Shown one piece after another: positions 54,206 to 64,000 of a DNA stretch of 64,000 nucleotides. Made by a program: the position numbers and the translations under genes. The notes beneath the pieces were generated by a model. It was not told the DNA's origin, searched no databases, and worked only from the letters and a program-made list of their open reading frames with translations. This DNA is from Octopus vulgaris. Taxonomy: Eukaryota. Location of the stretch: contig OX597819.1 of NCBI GenBank assembly GCA_951406725.2, positions 107,260,001-107,324,000 of the forward strand, given 5' to 3'. Numbering within the stretch: position 1 is the stretch's first letter; every line of letters starts with the position of its first letter.

Positions 54206-54413
54206 TACACGTTTTCCATTTATACAAAAATTTTCATATCAAGTGGCAACATTATAGAGAAGGTAGATATATAGACAAAGATTTTAGTCAGTCAGTGGAC
54301 TCTACTACCTGATATGTTCTTAACATTTAAATCCACATCTTTGTCTATATATCTACCTTCTCTATAATGTTGCCACTTGATTTGAAAATTTTTGTATTAA
54401 TGGAAAACCTCTA

Positions 54414-54502
54414 TAATTGGCTGATGACTACTCAGCATCTTAAATCTGTTGTAATACAACATATAATAAAATGATGTAGTTCGAAACGATCGTACTAAAT
54501 TA
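54414..54502 (+). ncRNA. Hammerhead motif in the mirror arm, base of stem II mutated
   Basis: TAATTGG-CTGATGA-CTACT...AGTTC-GAAA-CGATCG-TA-CTAAATTA. Confidence 0.6.
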
Positions 54503-54630
54503 CCGTAGTCATTCTTGTTACTTATTTTGATTATAATCACCCCACGGATTTTTATGGATAACACCATTCAAAATTCTGGTGCATCTAAATTAAGTACCAT
54601 ATTCATTTGAATCTAAATTTTTGCTGAACT

Positions 54631-54678
<48 letters not shown>

Positions 54679-54779
54679 TGTATGTATGTATGTATGTATG
54701 TATGTATGCACCTGTGTATACATGTATACGTACATACATACACTTGCGCATGTATATATTGAATATGGGAGGGAGAGGG

Positions 54780-54895
54780 AAGAATTTTTGAATTTCTTCC
54801 ATTTTGGATTTCCTGGTATCTGAGCTAGGTAGCAATCAACTGCTTTTGCTATCATCCCAATGGCACCTATGACAGCAAGTATTGTTTTAGTATTG
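54780..54895 (-). mobile_element. R4/Dong 3' coding fragment
   Basis: KTILAVIGAIGMIAKAVDCYLAQIPGNPK matches the PIVIGALG terminal motif. Confidence 0.65.
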
Positions 54896-56389
54896 TTTGT
54901 GCATTTGTGTGTGCGTGTTTATGAGCGTATTTGGTTTTGACCTCGGGTTCTTCTTGAAATATAATCTCATCATGTGTCTGCAAATAGACATTATCTCAGC
55001 TTTTCTACTCATTATCAGTGTCGCATGCATTATGGCGTGGCATTTCTTGGCCGACCATTAATTCTATAATTTAGAGCTTAATGTGGTTTATATGTTGTCT
55101 GCCAGATATGCTTTGAGAATGATACGGGTTTTTTTTCTTCTCTTTGTTGATATGTTGGATAGCATAGAAGTATTGGGAATAATTGACATTTAAATGAGGT
55201 TTTCTCTTAAGCTGATGTAAGAAAATGTGCTACATATATTTATCTTTCTGTATTGATGCTCTTACTCACAATGGGGTGATTTTGCTTCTATTTCTAGCAG
55301 CTTAGGCGATTTTAGAATCTGTAACATCTAATTACTTAGCGGAAGAAAATTCTTGAGGCAGAACCTACTTGAAGAATTAATTGGAGACCGAAGTAATGCC
55401 AATTTTATGAAGTAGTTCACCAAAATATTTAGAATTCGTCTGTGAGAGTGGTTCAAACATTTACAGGTGACAGGCAGGAAAGCCATTTCTTAACAAAAGA
55501 ATCAAACTAAATATATCTCACCATAAAAATTACTGTACAGAGTTTATTAGTTTTATTGAGTCTTTAGGCCATATAACAAACATCAGGACCTGATGGATTC
55601 AAACGTTGCTTTTTGTCTTTTTGCTGTTGTATAGGCCGACGTTATATTTGATCACAGAGCTGGTTAGACCGTAGGTCTGCCAATATCGAACTCCCAGCTT
55701 TTATTTAGTTATTCTGTATCTAGTTATATAATAGTTATTATGTAATTATCCTATATGAACCTTTCCTTCCTATGACAGCCAAGTTATGTGCTAAAGCAAA
55801 TTTAACTGCTGACTCGATGAAGACAAGTGCCAACATAGAAATTCTCTTCTAAACTGCAATTTATCTGATTCAAGCGATTAGTCTCTACTACAGAGTATGT
55901 TTCTTAAAATTCTGTAGCAACGTAGTCGTAATTACTTTACGCTAACAAGATTTGAAAGCAGAAATATAACCGACGTGATTAAATTTTTTATCTAACACAG
56001 TTTCTACAACAGATATTTATTTCTGAACTAACTGGGATACTCTAAACGTTTCACACACATACCTCCATACTCACGCATACAGGCACACACCTCACACACA
56101 TACGTGGACACGCAAACACAAAGCACATTCACGCACTTATATACACAGACCTCTTAGACGAACAAGATGGAATAAACGGTGCTAACAATTAGATTTCTCA
56201 ATATAACTTCTTATTTCCAAATGGCTTGACCATGCTCCTTGGTATCAATAAAGGAGCACTAGTTACCAAGTCTCTGCATCTGTGTATGTGTCTGTGTGTT
56301 TGTATAGTTGTAAGGGTTATGCATGCGCACATGTATATATAAATACGTACATACTTTATAGCCGTTATCTTTTACATTTTTTAGTTATT

Positions 56390-56754
56390 AGCCTACAGCC
56401 ATGCTGGGGCATCGACGGGAATGATTTCAAGTCGAATGAATCTACCCCAGGACTTATTGTTTTTAAGCCTGGTACTTATTTTATGGAGCTCTTTCGCTGA
56501 ACCGCTAAGTTACGTGGACGTAAACACACCAACAAATGTTGGCAAACGGTGGTGAAGGACAAACACAGGCACAAAACACACACATGCGCACATATGGCGG
56601 GCTTCTTTCAGTTTCCGACTTCCAGATACACTCACAAGGCTATGGTCAGCCAGGTTTTACCGTAGAAGAAACTTACCTAAGGTGCCACGCAGTGTGACTG
56701 AACCTATAAGCATGTGGTTGGGAAGCAAATTCCTGCCACACAGCTGAGCCTGCA
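56390..56754 (-). mobile_element. Near full-length SINE family A
   Basis: tRNA-like head at about 56690-56754, body ccaaagcc/gaaactgaaagaagcccg, and a tail ending gatgccccagcatggctg. Confidence 0.8.
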
Positions 56755-56884
56755 TACAAACATACATATACGTACACATATATACACACATATACATACA
56801 TGTAACTGCGTTCTACACACTTTCAGCCGACTATAATTCAGTAAAATGTTACTTTACAACCTAAATATATAGCAGAAAGCATTT

Positions 56885-57140
56885 GCTCAAAATACCGCCC
56901 AACAGCTCAAAATATCGCCCAGCAGCTCAAAATACCACCCAACAGCTCAAAATACAATCCAATAGCTCAAATACCGCCCAACAGCTCTAAATACCACCCA
57001 ACAGCTCAAAATACAATCCAATAGCTCAAATACCGCCCAACAGCTCAAAATACTGCTCAACAGCTCAAAATACCGCTCAACAGCTCAAAATACCGCCCAA
57101 CAGCTCCAAATACCGCCCAACAACTCCAAATACTGCCCAC
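56885..57140. repeat. Minisatellite, ~19-20-bp unit AACAGCTCAAAATACCGCCC, about 13 copies
   Basis: Directly visible head-to-tail units with no spacers. Confidence 0.95.
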
Positions 57141-58191
57141 CACATATAGAAGAGTTGGCATCACAGTCTCATGGCTATGCTAAATAACTACCAGCATATC
57201 GGTCTATATATGTGTGGTGGGTGTACGTTTGCGTGTTTATACGTCTGTATGTGGATTTATTTACGCACACACTCATACACACATCTACAGCAAATCAGCT
57301 GCCCATCAACCCGCAGACACATAGACACAAACATACTCAAGTACACGCACGCACACAAACACACACGCAACTAGTTTGGTCGCAATTCTTGCCTAATTTG
57401 ATTTTTTTTAATATTTGCTAAATGGCAGACTGATTGTGGAAGACGACATTTATTCAAAGTGCTTCCCAGAGGAATCGAACGTACAAGCAAACTTATGATT
57501 GTGGAGCGAACTTCTTAACCACATGATATTGCACGCATCAATAGAACTAAATTAGATAGTGGAAAAAATATAATGTTGAAGAAGAAATCTACTTGTAAAG
57601 TTAATTAGAGACAGGAGGAATACCAATTTTCTAAGTGGATCTCCAAATCTGTAAAGTAGATTCGATAGTCCGGAAGAATGGTTAAATAATGTGTAGACGA
57701 GACAGAGAAAGAAAACCCCCTTAGCAATAGGAAGTAAAAAGATTTCGTGTCACTAGAAAATTACTGCAAATACGTTATTAGTTCTATGGAGCCTGTAAGC
57801 AATCTATCGAAACCAAAACCGTAGCGATTTTGAATGGTTTTGTAGTTAAGTGGTTTATAGTATGTGGATAAGTGAATGGTTTTCGAAATACTACGAACAT
57901 GCTAATTATTATTTGGTTGGATTAATTCACACGCAGATTGTTTTTTTCCCTCGATATTTCTCTACTTATTGATCTCACTGGAAAATATAATGAGATATAT
58001 TAAACAGACTGGATTAGTTATACATGACTAGTCGAAGACTAAAGACCAACCTTACAGAAATACACTCTAATACATTCTAAGCAAACACGCACAAGTACAT
58101 AAACAAGAACAGGCGTGCGCTAGACACCATACACAAACACATACACACATGAAGATATAATGAGAATATATACATATATTAGGAGTATATG

Positions 58192-58264
<73 letters not shown>

Positions 58265-58281
58265 CATATATATGTAAATGT

Positions 58282-58323
<42 letters not shown>

Positions 58324-58513
58324 TTGTATATTAATGTATATGTGTATTTATGTATACATCTATGTATGTATCAATCCCAGCTAAGTTTCACAAAAACACT
58401 TGGCAAATAACGAGACAATTACAGAGACACACATACACAAATATACACACACGCACGAGCGCACACATAGACGTGTGTGTGTATATGTGTGTACGTGTGT
58501 TGTGTGTGTGTGT

Positions 58514-58600
<87 letters not shown>

Positions 58601-58619
58601 CAAAAACTGAATAGATTAT

Positions 58620-59240
58620 CTCGGATAAAGATTATTTAAATGTTACTAAAGATTGCCTTCGAACTTGCTTTAGATTAATGAATACACTCTTTCCTATTTC
58701 ACATAAGTGTGAAATTTTCAGCAAAAATCATGTTAAGACTGTCTATAATAGTCTGGGTATGATTGGCCAGTAGGATTCTGACCACGACTAAAAATCTATC
58801 TATAAGCACTAAACAAAATACTCCTCTTCAACGCAATTGCAGCGAAAGGCTGGATAAGATGATCCTTTATTCATAACTGTCAAAAGACATTGTAAGCGAA
58901 GCAGATATTGAATCGTCGTGAAGTCGGTTAACTGATAATACTTTTGAAACAAGATACAATCAACATATCCAATGTTTAGGTCAAGAAATAAATGTATTGT
59001 TACATCTTTTCGGAAATATTTTTGTCCTTGAAAAGCAGAAACGAGAGCAACATCATCAAAATAATGGACTATCTCTCTGCCTTTGTCTGTTAAAAACAGA
59101 ACATATTTCAAGAGGTTTGTAAATTTCCAAATTTGGCATTGTTGCAAAGGTAACGAGATATGACTATTGGACAATGAACAGATTGAACCTTCCATAGACA
59201 CATGGATTTTCAAACGAGTAACAAGTCTAAGTTTAAGCAA
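58620..59240 (+). mobile_element. Second, more decayed Penelope-like (Neptune-type) GIY-YIG relic
   Basis: The plus strand gives LFPISHKCEIFSKNHVKTVYNS, KDIVSEADI and LTDNTFETRYNQHI, collinear with the motifs of the 26185-27000 element. Confidence 0.65.
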
Positions 59241-59621
59241 ATATTGACTCCTAATAACATGTCAAATACAGATGTCCTTAATAAAGACATGTTTCTACTT
59301 GTCCCGTGTGTAACGTATTAGGGTCCAAGAAAACTAAAGCGGAATCCGTGCTAATATTACAGATCAACACCGAAATAAAATATCAAGAGTAATTAAGTCG
59401 TTTTTGGAAAACATTCTCTATTTCATTTGGAAAAGAGCTTATATTTTGAGTGAATCACAAGATCTGAGTTAACTAACAAACTAGTGAAATCCACATGCCA
59501 ATACACCTCTGCACTATCGTCGTTCACCCAGCTCTACGCAGGCGGCTTTGGTGAATTCGGAACCATAGCAGAAGACACTTGTTTAGATACGTGCAGTGGG
59601 CTCGAAACCAGAACTACGTGG

Positions 59622-60440
59622 GAGTACCCAAAAGAACCCAGAATTTTATCGCCTTCACAGAATTCTCCATTTGAAGCTACGCATTGGTCCAGACACGTTT
59701 TCCACTGTTCGAAGCAGTCCTGGAACACTTGCAAAGCGACACCATTTAACGCCTCCCTGTTTTTTTCTTCACCTTTTCTACATCTGCAAATTCCGTAGCA
59801 CCAGCTTTCGTCAGAAGCAATAACCTTCGGGAAAAGAACCGGATCAACTTCCAACTGTTCTTTCAGTTTACGACTCGCATTCTGCTTTTGTTCTTCCGTA
59901 AGCAAGAGAGGCACAACTTTTTCTGCAGCTCTCTTCTTTTGCAATCCCTGGTGCAAAATTCGTTGACAGGAGTTCCTGGAAATACAAGTCATATGCACAA
60001 GTTCGTCAATTCTTCGGTAACGGTCGTCCAGTATCAGTTCATGAATTTTCATGTTTTCATGAGGTCGACGGTCGTCCTGAACGAGGTTGAAATTCAAGCG
60101 ACAAGTAACCATCCCTAAAGCGAGGAAACCACTCGTAAACTTATGTTTTGCTCATGACAACGTCCTTGTAAGATGTTTGAAGCATGAAAACTGTTCTGGC
60201 CGTAGTTTTCTCAAGTACAAAACAGAAGCCCAGTTTTCCTTCGTTTCAACCATCGCAAAAATCGATGAATATGGGAGAAGAACTGCAAAATTAACATGTA
60301 CCACGTGGCAGTAAGATGACGCCGGTCGGCAGACTGATGCCTGAGGGTTACATCATGCGGTTTCAAGCGGCTGAAGCCCGAACTACAGCGGGATTGTCCC
60401 ACAGAATATGTTTCCGATTACTTTCCGACACCCCATCGTA
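59622..60440 (-). mobile_element. mariner element, internally deleted (irritans-like)
   Basis: ILDDRYRRIDEL...KVVPLLLTEEQKQ...KVIASDESWCYG, then FQDCFEQWKTCLDQCVASNGEFCEGD. TIR tacgatggggtgtcggaaagt at about 60420-60440. Confidence 0.88.
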
Positions 60441-61706
60441 AGTTCGATTCCTGCTTTTGTGGTTAGCAACCGAATTTGCATCTCATACGTCTGAGCTTCC
60501 TACAACAGATCTAAATAATAAGCGAATATAATGCTAGATTGAAAATTTAATGCTATTATAGTATACTGAAAAGCTTAAATGCCAACAGAAAGAAGACATT
60601 TTATTCCGTTGTTCACTTAATCTGCAGAGAAGAAGCAGCCTTTACCAAATAAGTAAACAAGAAACAGACAAGGATATAACTTAAGAAAGGAATCGATACA
60701 GACATCCTGTCATTGTTGTTGTTGTTGTTGTTGATCTTTTTTATTGGCAATATCGTTAGAGTGTTGAGAGTATAGTCTGCAATATTTCTTCCTCCTCTTT
60801 GTAATCTGAGCCTTTCATCGTTTCGGGCTGAATAACAAAGTAACAATCAAGTACCGGAATCCTCAAAACTGATGGACGTGTGCCTAAATTATAAACCATT
60901 AGCATAGTCCTTCTTAGATCAAAGACCGATCAAGCTCACAAGATGACATTCCAGTCCATCGTTCAGAAATTTTATATCTAAATATTCATTATCTAACGCC
61001 TTTCTTTACAGGACAGAGTTTCATTTCGGAGAGATTTTAATCATATTCCTATATTGAGGATCAACCTTGGAAAAAAACGCTCTCATTGTTGCATTATATC
61101 TGGTTCAAACAATTAATGTTTTCAATGTCTAGAATTTCTCAAAAGCTTCCATACTAATATGCTATTATCCCGCTGTGATTTATTTAATCGGGCCTTGCGG
61201 GATGGGATTTCAGAACGTAAAGTAATGTAATTCAATACCACAATGTGTTTTATTCGTAGTTCCACCGATTCCAATAATCCACAGTCCTAGATTTAAGTGG
61301 TTTTCGTTTTTAAGTGCTCTATACGTAATAAATTGATGAACGTTTTCGAAATAGCATTAATATGGTAATTATTATTTGGTCGGCTTAACTGGCACAACTA
61401 TTTCTCCTTCTATAGCCTACTTATTGATCTAGCTGAGAAATAAGTTATATAAAAACTTGTATTAGGTAAAAATTGAAGTGTTATACATGACCCGTCTAAA
61501 AGTAAAAGTCTTAAAAATCCATTTATAAACACACACACAAAAACACATATACAGATATATGTGTGTGTGTGTTTGTGTAATTGTATGTGTTTTTGTGAGT
61601 GTATGTGTGTGTGTACATACACTTTTATACATACGAATATATGTGTATATACATATATATATGTATGCATACGTATACATAAGTGCGTGTCTGTGTGGTA
61701 TATATG

Positions 61707-61772
<66 letters not shown>

Positions 61773-64000
61773 TACATACATATATATAGCACACAGACTC
61801 ATGTACACACGCATACACACACACACCTGTACACATTCATATGTGTGTATATATATATATATATGTATGTATGTATATATTGTTATTATTATAATTATTA
61901 TTATTATTATTATATGATTGAATGCCAGCATCCCCTTCCAAGTAAGTTTTATATATATGTATGTAGGCATGTGTGTGGGGGTGTATTCCCCTTTTAACAT
62001 ATCAAAGCTACTATGGGCGTGTACGTTTCATTGTGTGTGTATGCGTATGCGGTTTTCAAAAGCATTACTTATCTTGCGCAGTGTATGCTTCTTTGCGCAT
62101 GAGCTCATTGATTACTTGCTTTAGAGATAATGGAACCAGAGATAACCAATCCCTGACCATTAGACCGTATTATCACTGCGGGGGAGATTTACGGCACAGA
62201 ACAACTAATTGATTAAAACATGTTGGGTCCTGTACTTGTTGTTATTGTTTATCCTTGGTCAACCCTGATAAATATACCCTTGCTGTGCCCATCTTACCAT
62301 TATTATTCTTTTTTTTTTTGAGACACAGTTACCCGAGCTATATCATTTGATGTTTCGCTCGCTTTTTAAATCAATTTAATACAATATGAGATAGATTTGG
62401 CTTCTATTTCTAAATGGTCCCTTCATTAATACGGACATACTCCTTGATGTTGGTGTTGTACTGGATACGGTTGTGTTTGGGATTGTTTATTTCTTTTATT
62501 CATGATAAAGCAAACTTGAACATACCCCCCCTCCCATCTGTAACGTGTCTCCAGGAATACAGATCCTAATGTATATTAATGCGTAAATTAAAGGAAATTT
62601 TGCAACTATTCCTAGCAGTTATTCCTTCATTAATTCGTTGATGTCGTACATAGTGTTGTTAATCCAAACATTACGCAATCAAAACATATCTAATAAGGTT
62701 TCACTGATCTCTTATTAATGCTGATTACATTTCCTGTGTAATTTTATGCTTTGTGAATACATACACAATATTTCATCCTCTTCTGGCAAATTAGGATTAC
62801 TAGAATGCGAGGCTTATATAGCATTTACAAAGAATTTGGGCGAATAAACGAGCTCTATATGGCTACTAATCTTGCTACAAATAGAAAGTGAATCTCCTTA
62901 TTATGATATCGTAATGCCTTAAAGAATGTGGATATACTATATATTTGATAATAGATTCTTTGATACATACGTATGCATATACATATACATACGCATGCAT
63001 GTCTTTATATAAATATAAATACAAGTTTCCCATATTTCCGTACGTATCTAGTCAAGGGATTATATGGCAAGTCAAGGCAGAATATTAGTCAGAAAAATTA
63101 TAAACATTCGTAATTGCTTTTGTTGTGTAAAACATACAGAAAAATTAAGTTAATTACATACACGCACAGACGCGCGCGGACACACATTCTTGCAGACACA
63201 TACACACACATATATATATACATATGCATACATATATATATACACACACACACACATACGTACACTTTATATATATGTATATGTACATATATACATATCA
63301 ATATATATGTGCGTGTGCGTGTGTATATAAGCGTGGGGGTGGATTATTTTATAATCTAGTGAGATGACTGTGAATTGTTTCTTTTTGGGGATTGATTTGC
63401 AGCTAGCCACCTTAATTATTTTATAATTTTCACATTACCATTTTGCGGTATCAGCAAAATACTGATAAGTGAAATTTCAGCTTCGTCACGCACAATGGAG
63501 TAAACATTACAGATGAATATTAATTTTCATGCGAAATCAGTAAGCCAATCTAATGCTCTCGCTTGCAGTGGTGAGGTTGCCTCTCTTGTCAGTACATAGA
63601 ACACTTTGTGGTTAAAAATTCTTTGACCCTTATTTCTAGCAATGTGCTCCCTGCACCCTTCCAGAGAGAGGGGGAGAAGGAGCGTGAGAGACATAGACAG
63701 ATACAGAGATATATTCCCACTTGAAAGGAATTACTGAATTTCTTCGTAATTCTCCCCGCTCTCCTCATGTGTGACCCACATGTATTTCTAACACATATCT
63801 GGTGGGAACAGAACGGCAGAATCATTTCTCTATATTGCAATGGTTGATAGATAAGCTCCTATAGTAGAGATCTCTAATCCGATACCTTAGATTTCAAAAG
63901 AAGATTGATTTATTGAGAACTGATCTGCGTTGAGCCATTTGAGTAAATAAATGTCCAATATTTATCGTATTTTTTTTCTTTTGACTTTTGCACGATAATT

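Larger units (their letters stand above)
54081..54630. mobile_element. Foldback element (arms 54081-54282 and 54337-54534, plus tail) in (TA)n; putative Penelope-like inverted pLTR pair
   Basis: About 200-bp highly similar inverted arms with a 54-bp spacer and a ~95-bp tail, with (TA)n on both sides. Each arm holds a hammerhead motif. Confidence 0.8.

Noticed and set aside
56885-57140. CRISPR-like repeat array
   Set aside because: The units are contiguous with no unique spacers, there are no cas genes, and the context is eukaryotic.
58809-59240. 143-aa minus-strand ORF as a host gene
   Set aside because: It has no recognisable motifs, and the opposite strand carries Penelope-like motifs.

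Overview
AT-rich, microsatellite-saturated eukaryotic DNA, either intergenic or intronic, with no recognisable host protein-coding exon. The SINE, LINE and microsatellite content resembles a coleoid cephalopod such as Octopus; this is an inference from repeat content only. Almost all ORFs in the track are microsatellite translations. The real coding signal is transposon-derived: (1) a young, 5'-truncated Tx1-clade LINE (675-aa uninterrupted RT plus CCHC) sitting exactly inside a (GATA)n array; (2) several R4/Dong-type RLE LINEs tied to (TAA)n arrays; (3) two degenerate Penelope-like (Neptune-type) GIY-YIG elements missed by the ORF track; (4) mariner, maT and pogo relics, CR1-group and RTE tails, two non-autonomous Helitrons and many tRNA-derived SINEs. 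The most notable hidden signal is six hammerhead-ribozyme-like motifs. One has a fully canonical core inside a ~200-bp-arm foldback in a (TA)n tract, one has a U3-A8 covariant core, and one lies downstream of a Penelope-like ORF. Different retroelement families appear to partition among different microsatellite targets. All calls come from reading motifs by eye, and element boundaries are approximate unless a terminus is quoted.
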